Shown one piece after another: positions 26,312 through 36,137 of a stretch of 64,000 nucleotides of DNA. Origin of the DNA: Minisyncoccota bacterium (GTDB lineage: Bacteria; Patescibacteriota; Minisyncoccia; UBA6257; JAGOQP01); the NCBI GenBank assembly GCA_041661795.1, contig JBAZTS010000004.1, positions 6,136-70,135 on the forward strand, given 5' to 3'. The notes under the pieces were generated by a model. That model was not told the origin of the DNA. It made no database searches and saw only the letters and a list, made by a program, of their open reading frames with translations. The stretch's first letter is position 1; the number at the start of each line of letters is the position of its first letter. Position numbers and translations under genes: made by a program.

Positions 26312-26974
26312 ATGAAAATAAAAGATTTGCCAAAAGTTGATAGACCACGAGAAAAACTTATCAAGTACGGACCTGATAAATTAAACAACTCAGAACTTTT
26401 GGCAATCCTACTTGGTACGGGAACGAAAGGAACAAATGTAGTCGAGCTTGCTAATAAAATTCTTAAAAAATTCAGTGGTGATTATCTAGCCAAAGCGCAA
26501 TTTAAAGAGCTAAAAAACACATTTGGTCTGGGTAGTGCCAAAGCCTGCGAGATCGTCGCTTGTTTTGAGCTGGGTCGCAGGTTATTAAAGGGCAAGAAAT
26601 CAGTTTTGATTCTTTCTCCACAGGAAGTTTGGCACGAGTTAAGAGATATTAGAAACAACAAAAAGGAACATTTTGTTGTTTTTTATTTGGATACCAGAAA
26701 TCAAGAGATAAAAAGAAAGATAATTTCTATCGGTACTTTAAACGCCAATCTTGTCCATCCAAGGGAGGTTTTTGAGCCGGCAGTTAAGTACTCAGCCGCT
26801 CAAATCATTGTTGCTCACAATCATCCCTCCGGAGACACGGATCCTTCTCAGGAAGACATGGATATAACTAAACGCCTTGTCGAAACCGGTAAAATTCTTG
26901 ATATAGAAGTCTTGGATCATGTTATTGTTTCAAAAACTGGTTATTTTAGTTTTAAAGAAAAGAAGTTGATTTGA
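26312..26974 (+). CDS. radC: RadC-like JAB-domain protein
   Basis: HhH N-terminus and JAMM motif 'HNHPSG..PS..D'. Confidence 0.85.
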   Translation: MKIKDLPKVDRPREKLIKYGPDKLNNSELLAILLGTGTKGTNVVELANKILKKFSGDYLAKAQFKELKNTFGLGSAKACEIVACFELGRRLLKGKKSVLILSPQEVWHELRDIRNNKKEHFVVFYLDTRNQEIKRKIISIGTLNANLVHPREVFEPAVKYSAAQIIVAHNHPSGDTDPSQEDMDITKRLVETGKILDIEVLDHVIVSKTGYFSFKEKKLI

Positions 26975-27021
26975 GTTGGTGCGGGGTTGACATTGGGTTT
27001 GGTGTACACTATTATGTACAT

Positions 27022-27393
27022 ATGGACAAAAAAACAACGCTTTCCATATCGGAAGCAAGAAAAAAAATATTTGAAATAACCGAGGATGTTCAAAAACCGG
27101 GTACTAGTTACACCCTTACCGAAAGAGGTCGCCCCAAGGCCGTAATTATGTCTGTTGATGAACATGAATCTTGGGCCGAAACTCTGGAAGTTATAAAAGA
27201 TTTTCCTGATCTTAAAAAAGACGTTGCCGAAACTAAAAAAGCTGTCAGAATCGGAAGCTATAGAAAGTGGACGGCTCTTGAAGATCTCTTGAGAAAAGAG
27301 GGTTTTGTCGTGGCCGATAAATCGCCAAAAAAATATGGAGTATCAATTGAAAATAAAACCGGGGGTAGAAAAAGAAATAGAAAAACTTTCTAA
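27022..27393 (+). CDS. Phd/YefM-family antitoxin
   Basis: 'TLSISEARKKIFEIT...RPKAVIMSVDEHESWAETLEV' matches the YefM fold pattern. Start taken at the internal Met. Confidence 0.7.
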   Translation: MDKKTTLSISEARKKIFEITEDVQKPGTSYTLTERGRPKAVIMSVDEHESWAETLEVIKDFPDLKKDVAETKKAVRIGSYRKWTALEDLLRKEGFVVADKSPKKYGVSIENKTGGRKRNRKTF

Positions 27394-27592
27394 AAAAGAG
27401 TACCAGAGAATACTTTTGGCTTTTACGGCCATTGCCTCTGATCCATTCATCGGCAAAAAATTGGAGGGGGAATATGCCGAATGCTATTCCTACCGCGTCT
27501 GGCCCTATCGGATAATCTACCAGATTCTAAAAAAACAGCTTGTTGTGCTTGTTATCAAAGTCGGCCACCGCCAAGGAGTTTATAAAAAATGA
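27335..27592 (+). CDS. RelE/ParE-family toxin
   Basis: 'YRIIYQI..KQLVVLVIKVGHRQ' RelE/ParE C-terminal signature. The gene overlaps the antitoxin 3' end in another frame. Confidence 0.7.
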   Translation: MEYQLKIKPGVEKEIEKLSKKEYQRILLAFTAIASDPFIGKKLEGEYAECYSYRVWPYRIIYQILKKQLVVLVIKVGHRQGVYKK

Positions 27593-27778
27593 AAAAGGGC
27601 CATCGTCCTAACGGTCGACGCCCTCCTTAGATACTGTAAATACAGTATAACCCATATTTTATCTAAATCAATGAATTTGTGGATAACTCTAAAGTCATTG
27701 AATTCCCACTAAAAAGGGCATAGAATTGCATAAAATGCCACAAAATAAGAGGAAATTTGAATAAATTTATACATAACA

Positions 27779-30139
27779 ATGCCAGATTTTTCAAAAAAAG
27801 AACTTTCCGAACAAGATATTTGCTCAAAATATATCCTACCAGCTATTGTTAACGCCGGTTGGGATTTACAGAAGCAAATTCGCGAACAATACAGTTTTAC
27901 GGCTGGTCGCATTACTGTGCGCGGGAAGACTGTTTTTCGCGGAGAACAAAAACGTGTTGATTTTATTCTTTATCATCGGGGTCATCTCCCGCTCGCAATT
28001 ATTGAGGCAAAAGACAACGCTCATTCGGTTGGTGAAGGAATGCAACAGGCTTTGGGATATGCAGAAGCCCTTGATGTTCCATTTGTGTACAGCTCCAATG
28101 GAAACGCTTTTTTGGAGCATGACCGTATCACAAAAACAGACGCTGTTGAACGAGAACTTAAGCTAAGTGAATTTCCTTCGCCAGAGACGCTTTATAATCG
28201 TTATATAAAGGCCAAAAATATTATCCCCGCACAGGAGCAGATAATTATTCAAGATTATTACCATGAAATAGATGGAAAGTCACCACGCTATTTTCAGCAG
28301 GTGGCCATAAATCGCGCCACAGAAGAAATCGCCAAAGGTAAAAATCGTCTTCTGCTCGTAATGGCAACTGGTACCGGTAAAACTTACACCGCTTTCCAAA
28401 TTATCTGGCGTCTTTGGAAAGCCGGAGTAAAAAAACGCATTCTCTTTTTGGTTGATAGAAATATTTTGGCTGATCAGCCTATCATGAATGACTTTAGACA
28501 CTTTGGCGACAAGATGACGAAAATTCAACACCGTCAAGTTGATAAAGCTTACGAAGTTTATCTAGGACTTTATCAGGGTTTAACCGGTCTAGAAGAAGAA
28601 AAAAATATTTTTAAACAATTCTCTCCTGATTTTTTTGATTTGATAATCGTTGACGAATGTCACCGAGGGAGTGCTCGCGAAGATACTGCCTGGCGTGAGA
28701 TTCTGGAATATTATAAAAACGCCACTCAAATCGGTTTGACTGCCACTCCAAAAGAAACCGCCGACATTTCAACTCAAACTTATTTTGGCGAACCGGTATA
28801 CACTTACTCGCTCAGACAAGGCATTGAAGATGGTTTTCTGGCTCCTTATAAAGTCATTAGGGTTACGTTGGATAGAGATGCTGAAGGTTATCGTCCTACG
28901 GTTGGGGAGATTGATAAATATGATAATCCGATACCAGATAAAATTTTTAGTCAAAGTGATTTTGATCGCAAAATAGTACTGGAAGAACGTACCAAAGTCG
29001 TAGCCGAAAAAATCACTCAGTATCTCAAAGCTACTGATCGGATGCAAAAAGCGATTGTATTTTGTGTAGACACCGAACATGCCGATCGCATGCGTCAAGA
29101 ACTCGTAAACACAAACTCCGATCTTGTTAGTGATCATCCTAATTACATCGTTCGTATAACCGGTAACGATGAATATGGAGTAAAGGAACTTGATAGATTT
29201 ATCAATCCGGAAAGTCCTTATCCAGTCATTGCTACTACCTCAAAATTATTGACTACCGGAGTTGATACACAGACCGTTCGCCTTATTGTTATAGACCAAA
29301 ACATCAATTCAATGATTGAGTTTAAGCAAATCATTGGTCGCGGCACACGTGTGCGTGAAGATTATGGCAAGATGTTTTTTACCATTATGGATTTCCGGGG
29401 AGCTACGGAGTTATTTGCCGATCCTAAATTTGATGGTGACCCAGTTGTTATTTATCAAGCTAAAGAAAAAGGACCAATTATTGACCCCAACGAAGATGAA
29501 AAGGGAATTATTATAGAAGACAGACCAATTATTGATTATGATGTTTCAAGACCAAGAACTGGAATGGTTCATGACGAGCCTAAAAAATATTATCCCCAAG
29601 GCGTAGAAGTAAAAGTTATTAATGAGAGAGTCCAATATATGGATGAACATGGCAAACTTATCACTCAATCGCTTAAAGACTATACTAAACACAATATTTT
29701 AAAAGAATACGCTTCGCTGGATGATTTTTTAACCGCCTGGACGAAAGCCGAACAAAAAGATGCAATTTTAAACGAATTGGAGTCGCGTGGAGTATTTTTC
29801 CAAGAATTATCAGATGAAGTTGGTAAAGATTTAGATCCTTTTGATCTCGTTTGTCATGTCGCCTGGGGTAAAAAACCTCTTACGCGTCATCAGAGAGCAG
29901 AAAAAGCTCGTAAGGATGATTATTTTGCAAAATACAAAGGTAAGGCGCGTCAAGTTATAGATGCTCTTTTAATAAAATATGCCGACCAAGGCATTACTGC
30001 TATTGATGACATCGGCGATCTTCAAGTCCCGCCCCTTAACGAATTTGGAACTCCTGTCGAAATTGTAGATATTATCTTTGGTGGTCGGGAGAAATATTTA
30101 GAAGTTATTCAGGAAGTTCAGCAAGCTCTTTACTCTTAA
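27779..30139 (+). CDS. hsdR: Type I restriction enzyme R subunit
   Basis: N-terminal PD-(D/E)xK nuclease region, SF2 helicase motifs (MATGTGKT, DECHR, TATPKET), HsdR C-terminal domain. Confidence 0.9.
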   Translation: MPDFSKKELSEQDICSKYILPAIVNAGWDLQKQIREQYSFTAGRITVRGKTVFRGEQKRVDFILYHRGHLPLAIIEAKDNAHSVGEGMQQALGYAEALDVPFVYSSNGNAFLEHDRITKTDAVERELKLSEFPSPETLYNRYIKAKNIIPAQEQIIIQDYYHEIDGKSPRYFQQVAINRATEEIAKGKNRLLLVMATGTGKTYTAFQIIWRLWKAGVKKRILFLVDRNILADQPIMNDFRHFGDKMTKIQHRQVDKAYEVYLGLYQGLTGLEEEKNIFKQFSPDFFDLIIVDECHRGSAREDTAWREILEYYKNATQIGLTATPKETADISTQTYFGEPVYTYSLRQGIEDGFLAPYKVIRVTLDRDAEGYRPTVGEIDKYDNPIPDKIFSQSDFDRKIVLEERTKVVAEKITQYLKATDRMQKAIVFCVDTEHADRMRQELVNTNSDLVSDHPNYIVRITGNDEYGVKELDRFINPESPYPVIATTSKLLTTGVDTQTVRLIVIDQNINSMIEFKQIIGRGTRVREDYGKMFFTIMDFRGATELFADPKFDGDPVVIYQAKEKGPIIDPNEDEKGIIIEDRPIIDYDVSRPRTGMVHDEPKKYYPQGVEVKVINERVQYMDEHGKLITQSLKDYTKHNILKEYASLDDFLTAWTKAEQKDAILNELESRGVFFQELSDEVGKDLDPFDLVCHVAWGKKPLTRHQRAEKARKDDYFAKYKGKARQVIDALLIKYADQGITAIDDIGDLQVPPLNEFGTPVEIVDIIFGGREKYLEVIQEVQQALYS

Positions 30140-30149
30140 TTAAAATTGT

Positions 30150-31580
30150 ATGTCTGAAATCCAATCTATAATAAAAAACATCCAGAATATAATGCGCCAA
30201 GACGCAGGTGTTGATGGCGATGCCCAACGGCTCTCTCAGCTTGTTTGGATGTTGTTTTTGAAAATATTTGACGATCAGGAAAAAGAGAGGGAACTTATAA
30301 ATCCCAAGTATAAATCTCCGATTCCACAGGATCTTCGTTGGCGTAATTGGGCAAGCAATCCAGAAGGGACAACCGGCGATAAATTGCTTGATTTTGTAAA
30401 TAACACTCTTTTTAAACGTCTCAAAGATTTATCTTTTGACGAAAGCGAAGACCCGCGCGGTTTTATAGTCCGCGAAGTATTTGCCGATAGTTATAACTAT
30501 ATGAAGTCCGGAACGCTTATTCGTCAGGTTATCAATAAAATCAACGAAATTAATTTCAATAAAGCCGACGACCGCCACGCTTTTAACGATTTATACGAAC
30601 ATCTGCTAAAAGAGCTTCAGAGTGCCGGAAATGCGGGGGAATACTACACGCCTCGCCCTCTCACACGTTTCATCGTGGAAATGGTAAATCCTAAACTCGG
30701 CGAATCCGTGTTGGACCCAGCTTGTGGCACGGGGGGATTTTTAATTGATACTATTGAATATATAAGAAAAAATGAGATAAAAAATCAATCAGATGAAAGA
30801 AAATTACAAAACCAGATTCACGGAGTGGAACTTAAACCGTTACCACATTTGCTTGCTATAACCAATATGATTTTACACGGCGTGGATACTCCAAAACATC
30901 TTCGTTGTGGCGATATGCTCTCTCAACCTCTTCGTGAATACGGTCCCAAAGACAGAGTGGATGTAATCGTAGCCAATCCTCCATTTGGTGGAGCGGTAAA
31001 AGACGGAGTGGAAAAAAACTTTCCTGCCGAGTTTCGTACCAAAGAGACCGCTGATTTATTTTTAGTTTTATTTATACATCTCCTTAAACCTAACGGCCGA
31101 GCCGGAATTATTTTACCTGACGGGTCTCTTTTTGGAGAAGGCGTAAAGACTGCTATTAAGAAAAAACTACTTGAAGAATGTAATGTTCACACCATCATCC
31201 GCTTATCCCAAGGAGTTTTTAACCCATATGCCGGAGTAAATACCAATCTTATATTTTTCACCAAAGGCGAACCCACAAAAGAGATTTGGTATTATCAGCT
31301 TCCGCTTCCGGATGGAATGAAACAATACACAAAAAATCGTGGTATAACTCATGAAGAGTTTAATGTTGTCCGCAAATGGTGGGGAAGCCGTAAGTCAAAT
31401 GGAAATTCCTGGAAGGTCTCCATAAAAGAAATTCAGGAAAGAAATTATAATTTAGACTTTAAAAATCCAAACGGCAATGCAAAAACTAACCACAAGGATC
31501 CAAGGGAAGTTTTAGGGGAGATTAAGGAGAAAGAAAAAGAAATAACCAAAATACTGGGAGAAATTGATAGACAAATATAA
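30150..31580 (+). CDS. hsdM: Type I restriction-modification N6-adenine methyltransferase subunit
   Basis: HsdM N-domain; SAM motif 'DPACGTGGFL'; 'NPPFG' catalytic motif. Confidence 0.9.
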   Translation: MSEIQSIIKNIQNIMRQDAGVDGDAQRLSQLVWMLFLKIFDDQEKERELINPKYKSPIPQDLRWRNWASNPEGTTGDKLLDFVNNTLFKRLKDLSFDESEDPRGFIVREVFADSYNYMKSGTLIRQVINKINEINFNKADDRHAFNDLYEHLLKELQSAGNAGEYYTPRPLTRFIVEMVNPKLGESVLDPACGTGGFLIDTIEYIRKNEIKNQSDERKLQNQIHGVELKPLPHLLAITNMILHGVDTPKHLRCGDMLSQPLREYGPKDRVDVIVANPPFGGAVKDGVEKNFPAEFRTKETADLFLVLFIHLLKPNGRAGIILPDGSLFGEGVKTAIKKKLLEECNVHTIIRLSQGVFNPYAGVNTNLIFFTKGEPTKEIWYYQLPLPDGMKQYTKNRGITHEEFNVVRKWWGSRKSNGNSWKVSIKEIQERNYNLDFKNPNGNAKTNHKDPREVLGEIKEKEKEITKILGEIDRQI

Positions 31581-31866
31581 CAGTCGCCATAAGGAGGCTG
31601 TTTTTTTGACAAGTCCGATTCTCTTGATTATACTTATTGGTAGTGTGAGTATGCGTCAACCATATGGAAGATTTAGAAAAAGGCAAAGTTTCTTAAGTCT
31701 TCTGTTTTATTGGCTTATTCTAAGGGTCTTTCAGATAATATCTAAATCTTCTAAATCATAACCAGAATATAGTTGACATAGGTTAACGCTTGATATATAC
31801 TGAAAACGTCGCAAATACACCACTTTTGTATCTTAGTAAGTAGCTTTGTTATAATTAATCAACAAT

Positions 31867-32229
31867 ATGAAAAATTCAAAAAAAGGTAGAGTCATTCAAG
31901 TTGTTCAGGAAATTCAGGTTCTTTTAGAAGAACTAAAGAAACTTTTTTCCATTAATGATGTGCGAGTCAAAGGTTCTTTAGGAAAAGGTCAAATTACTAA
32001 TTATTCCGGGGCCTCAGGAGGAATAAGAATGCTTTTAGATGACAATTATTTTAAAGAGACTAGATCTCTTTCGGAAGTTACCATGAGATTAAAACAAGAA
32101 GGGTTTAATTATTCGAAAAATACTGTTTCGATGGCTTTATTGAGGGCTGTTCAGGCCAGATTCCTTGTAAGACTCCCAGCAGAGGGACATAAAGGCCGAG
32201 AAAGATGGGTATATGTAATTAGAAAATAA
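31867..32229 (+). CDS. Small winged-helix protein, paralog 1 of 4 in a tandem array
   Basis: Shares the pattern 'SG.SGG.R.L...NFFK..R...[DE]V......Y.......V.MAL.R.......V......KGR.[WY].Y' with ORFs 32236 and 32797. A TTGACA/TATATA promoter lies at about 31776-31810. Confidence 0.5.
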   Translation: MKNSKKGRVIQVVQEIQVLLEELKKLFSINDVRVKGSLGKGQITNYSGASGGIRMLLDDNYFKETRSLSEVTMRLKQEGFNYSKNTVSMALLRAVQARFLVRLPAEGHKGRERWVYVIRK

Positions 32230-32235
32230 CTAGCT

Positions 32236-32568
32236 ATGAAAAATCAACAAGACTACGATTTGGTTATTAAAAGGTTAAATCGCCTTGAAAAATATGTCTT
32301 CAGAAATAAAGACGAGCAGACATTAGAAGACAAAAAAGACAGAAAATCAGATTTTTCTGGCCCAACAGGAGGATTACGATTTTTAGTTTTGCGTAATTTT
32401 TTTAAAACCAAGAGGAAATTTTCAGATATTAGAGCTGAACTCGAGAAAAATAGTTATCATTATAGTCCCCAAGCTGTAGACATGGGGCTTAAAAGGTTAT
32501 CAAAATTAAAAGGTCCTCTCGTTGCATTAAAACAAAAAGGGAAAAAATTTTATGGCGAAAGAAAGTAA
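32236..32568 (+). CDS. Small winged-helix protein, paralog 2
   Basis: Paralogous to 31867 and 32797. Confidence 0.5.
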   Translation: MKNQQDYDLVIKRLNRLEKYVFRNKDEQTLEDKKDRKSDFSGPTGGLRFLVLRNFFKTKRKFSDIRAELEKNSYHYSPQAVDMGLKRLSKLKGPLVALKQKGKKFYGERK

Positions 32569-32785
32569 TCTGAGAAAGAAAAAACAAAATACCAGTGTTG
32601 CTGAGAGACTTATAAAAGTTATTAATAAGCAACCAAGGACCGCAGAAGAATTCAGAAAAGAAATCAAAGACAAGCTTGGTCATAACGAAAAACCGGAAGA
32701 CATTAGGGTAAATTTACTTTATCTCTTAAGAAGGGAAAAGATTAAGCGGAAGAAAGAAGGCAGCGTTTATAAATATTATATTTAA
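32552..32785 (+). CDS. Small basic winged-helix-like protein, paralog 3 (shorter)
   Basis: Basic, with an HTH/wing-like C-terminus (RVNLLYLLRREKIKRKKEGSVYKYYI). It overlaps the previous gene's end. Confidence 0.4.
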   Translation: MAKESNLRKKKQNTSVAERLIKVINKQPRTAEEFRKEIKDKLGHNEKPEDIRVNLLYLLRREKIKRKKEGSVYKYYI

Positions 32786-32796
32786 TTTTTAAATCT

Positions 32797-33126
32797 ATGA
32801 GTCATAAAGAAATTAAACAAATATTCAAACGACTTGAAAGGATAGAGAAAAGAATTTTTAGCAAAAGCATTGCACCTAACCAGAACAAGAAAGAATTAAA
32901 AACTAACGGTAATACCAGTTTATCAAGCTTAATTTTAAAGCTTCGTAATAGTGGTTTTTTTAAGCAACCGCAAAGTGCAAACGATGTTTATAAAAAACTT
33001 TCGCCGACTTATTCTTGCAAAATTAATAGAGTCAACATGGCGTTGAAAAGATTAAGAGAGAGGAAAAAGTTAAGAATAGCAGATAAGATTATTAAAGGGA
33101 GAAAAATTTTAACTTATGTCTGGTAA
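32797..33126 (+). CDS. Small winged-helix protein, paralog 4
   Basis: Paralogous to 31867 and 32236. Confidence 0.5.
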   Translation: MSHKEIKQIFKRLERIEKRIFSKSIAPNQNKKELKTNGNTSLSSLILKLRNSGFFKQPQSANDVYKKLSPTYSCKINRVNMALKRLRERKKLRIADKIIKGRKILTYVW

Positions 33127-33898
33127 ACCATTAACTAGCGAAACTAAAATAAGGTCAATTCTCGAACAAAAATTCGAGAAAGTTCATATTGGTGCAATTT
33201 TAAAACATTTTATTGCCGCAAAGAAAAAATATCAAGAAAGCGACTGGGAAAGTTCAATTTTTAAATCCAGTAAGTTTGTAGAAGCCACAACAAAAGCACT
33301 TATGAGGTTTTGCGGAAAAGCTCTACCAAAAATAAGAGATTTTCATGCTGGTAATTTTTTGCGCAAATTAGAACAAGAATCTGTTACTATTGACGACACT
33401 GTCAGGATCGTAATTCCTAAGGGTTGTCTTTTCATTTATGAAATAGCGAGCAACCGTGGGGCTCGCCACGATTCTGATGGAATAGATCCGAATGAAATTG
33501 ATGCGGGCGCTACTAATATAATTATCTCTTGGGTTCTTGGTGAATTAGTCAGGTTTGCAAGCAAGAGGGACAAAAACCCAGAAGAGGCACGCGATTTAGT
33601 AGATGCAATTACAGGCAAAACCTATCCATTTTTTGAGGAAATCGAGGACAGACTTTATATAAATATTAATGGACTGAGTGCTGAAAAAATAGCTACTCTT
33701 ATTCTTTACGGTCGCTATCCTCGTAGAACAAGTAAAGATTTTTTGTGTGAATTAGTTGAGAGACATGGATTTTCCGCGAAAAATGCAAAAATGGCATTTA
33801 AACGTACAAAATACTTATGTGATATTAATAAAAAAGGATTGAAATTAAGAGGTTTGGGTAGGCAGAAAGCAGAGAAAATCTTGGATCAGAGTAGATGA
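33116..33898 (+). CDS. Hypothetical protein embedded in the hsd locus (candidate defence/Abi-like; function unknown)
   Basis: 260-aa soluble protein with no confident domain match. Contains 'NRGARHDSDG'. It lies between hsdM and hsdS. Confidence 0.4.
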   Translation: MSGKPLTSETKIRSILEQKFEKVHIGAILKHFIAAKKKYQESDWESSIFKSSKFVEATTKALMRFCGKALPKIRDFHAGNFLRKLEQESVTIDDTVRIVIPKGCLFIYEIASNRGARHDSDGIDPNEIDAGATNIIISWVLGELVRFASKRDKNPEEARDLVDAITGKTYPFFEEIEDRLYININGLSAEKIATLILYGRYPRRTSKDFLCELVERHGFSAKNAKMAFKRTKYLCDINKKGLKLRGLGRQKAEKILDQSR

Positions 33899-33941
33899 TT
33901 TATGAAAACTAACTGGCTAATAAAAAGATAGTAGGAATATA

Positions 33942-34415
33942 ATGCACAAAACAGAAAAACTAGGAAAAATCTCAAGTATTTCACCCAAACAGATGGTCAG
34001 CGTTTTTTTGAACAATTCTCCCGTACATGCAAAAACAATAATAGAAAAACACTATATCGGGTTATGGATAAAAGCTTCAGGAATTATAGAAAGCGTAGAT
34101 TTAATGTTGGACTATGTTACGTTCAATTTTCATAATAAGGATGGCACCTATTTGTCCACAAACTTTTTTAAACCTGTCGATAGCGAAACTTCCCAACTAA
34201 AAGTTAAAGATCAAATAAGTTTAATTGGAAAAGTATTTAATGTTGGAGATGGTATTGTGGTTTTAGACAATTGTGTGTTAACAACCAAAGACGAAATAAA
34301 CGATTCAATTAATAAAGAATCCAATTCAAACTGGTGGGAGAAAACTTGGGTGCAAATCATAATGCTTTTAGGTGCGATAGCGGGAATTATAGGACTTTAT
34401 TCTTTATTTAGATGA
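33942..34415 (+). CDS. Hypothetical protein with a C-terminal TM anchor, embedded in the hsd locus
   Basis: 157 aa with a C-terminal hydrophobic helix. The stop overlaps the hsdS start. Confidence 0.4.
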   Translation: MHKTEKLGKISSISPKQMVSVFLNNSPVHAKTIIEKHYIGLWIKASGIIESVDLMLDYVTFNFHNKDGTYLSTNFFKPVDSETSQLKVKDQISLIGKVFNVGDGIVVLDNCVLTTKDEINDSINKESNSNWWEKTWVQIIMLLGAIAGIIGLYSLFR

Positions 34416-35557
34416 AAACTTATCAAACAAAAAAACTCGGAGAGGCGTTGGATTACGAACAACCTGGAGAATATATTGTGAACTCTAAGGATTACAGCGA
34501 CAACTATAAAATTCCGGTTTTGACAGCCGGCAAAACTTTTATTTTGGGTAATACAAATGAGAAAGAAAATATTTTCCCGATTGATAAATTACCGGTGATC
34601 ATTTTTGATGATTTTACCACTGCTATAAAATTTGTTGATTTTCCCTTTAAGGTAAAATCTTCAGCAATGAAGATTTTACATGCTAAGAAAAATGTAGCAG
34701 ATATTAAATATTTGTTTTATTTGATGCAAACCATAGAAATCAATCACGCAACACATAAACGATATTGGATATCAGAATATTCTCAAATAAAAATCTCCCT
34801 TCCGCCTCTCGCTGAACAAAAAAAGATTGTTGCTAAGTTAGAAAAAGTATTGGGTAAAATTAAAGAAGCTAAAAAATTACGCTCCGAGGCAGAAGAGACC
34901 ACTAAAAACCTTATTCCCGCCGAACTACACAAAATTTTTGAAGAGGGCAAAAAGAAAGGTTGGGAAGAAAAAAAACTTGGAGATGAAACTATTTTAAAAA
35001 TGACGAGCGGAGGAACGCCAAGTCGATCAAATATAGATTTTTATAATGGTGGTATTCTTTGGCTAAAGTCGGGGGAACTTGAAAACAATGTGGATATTAT
35101 AGATTCAGAAGAAAAAATCTCTGAAGATGCGATAAAAAAAAGTAGTGCAAAAGTTTTTCCGAAAGGAACAGTTTTGTTTGCCATGTATGGCGCAACGGCT
35201 GGTAAATTAGGAATACTCGGTATTGATGCAAGTACTAACCAAGCAGTTGCCGGAATGATTCCTGTCGCAGAAAAGCTGAATAATAAATTTCTCTACTATT
35301 TTTTACTTAAGCAACGCGAGGAAATTATTTCTCAAGCATGGGGAGGGGCACAGCCAAATTTAAGCCAAGCAATTATAAAAGAATTTAAAATTTCACTCCC
35401 ATCTCTCCCCGAGCAAAAAAAGATTGTTGTGCGGTTGGATTTGCTATCTGAAAAAATCAAAAAACTACAAGATTACCAAAAATCCACTAAATCTGACATG
35501 GCATCGCTTGAACAATCAATTCTATCATCCGCCTTCTCCGGCAAATTAGATAAATAA
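34412..35557 (+). CDS. hsdS: Type I restriction-modification specificity subunit
   Basis: Two target-recognition domains, each followed by the conserved 'SLP(P/S)L.EQKKIV..L' coiled-coil repeat. Confidence 0.88.
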   Translation: MKTYQTKKLGEALDYEQPGEYIVNSKDYSDNYKIPVLTAGKTFILGNTNEKENIFPIDKLPVIIFDDFTTAIKFVDFPFKVKSSAMKILHAKKNVADIKYLFYLMQTIEINHATHKRYWISEYSQIKISLPPLAEQKKIVAKLEKVLGKIKEAKKLRSEAEETTKNLIPAELHKIFEEGKKKGWEEKKLGDETILKMTSGGTPSRSNIDFYNGGILWLKSGELENNVDIIDSEEKISEDAIKKSSAKVFPKGTVLFAMYGATAGKLGILGIDASTNQAVAGMIPVAEKLNNKFLYYFLLKQREEIISQAWGGAQPNLSQAIIKEFKISLPSLPEQKKIVVRLDLLSEKIKKLQDYQKSTKSDMASLEQSILSSAFSGKLDK

Positions 35558-35581
35558 GTAGAAAGTTATTATAATTATTTT

Positions 35582-36055
35582 ATGACCAATTTTGAATTTT
35601 CACGAGAGTTGATAAAAGGGAAAATCGCTGAGGTTGTTTTTGAGCAGATGTTTAGAGAATCCGGGAAGTGGACAATTTTGCGTTCCGGTTATGAGTATAC
35701 ACTTCCAGAACTAGCCCAGTATCAACATTTAGCAGAGGTAAAAGCGGTTATGAAAAACATTCGCAATGCTCCGGATTTCATTTTAATATCACAAGACAAA
35801 AAGGAAGTTCATTTGGTGGAAGTTAAGTATCGTACCCATAAACAGTCAGGAGATTTAAAGAGAATATCTCAAGACGTTTTAGAATTTTGGAATCCGTGTT
35901 GGTTATTCATTGCTTCTCCAGACGGATTTTTCTTTGAGCCGTGCCACACTGTTGTTAATAATAGTGGGAAAATAAAAGCTCTCTATTCAACTTGGGTAAG
36001 TGATAATACTCAGAAAGAATATCTAAAACTCCTTAACGAATTTGAGAAAAAATAA
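35582..36055 (+). CDS. Hypothetical PD-(D/E)xK nuclease-fold protein
   Basis: 'APDFILIS...EVHLVEVKYR' fits a D...(D/E)xK restriction-endonuclease-like core. It sits immediately after hsdS. Confidence 0.4.
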   Translation: MTNFEFSRELIKGKIAEVVFEQMFRESGKWTILRSGYEYTLPELAQYQHLAEVKAVMKNIRNAPDFILISQDKKEVHLVEVKYRTHKQSGDLKRISQDVLEFWNPCWLFIASPDGFFFEPCHTVVNNSGKIKALYSTWVSDNTQKEYLKLLNEFEKK

Positions 36056-36137
36056 CCCCTATGTCAAAAAATTTGGATTGGCAAGATGGGAGTGTTTTTT
36101 GGTTGCATTTCTACAAAATACTTTGTAGTTTTGGTAT

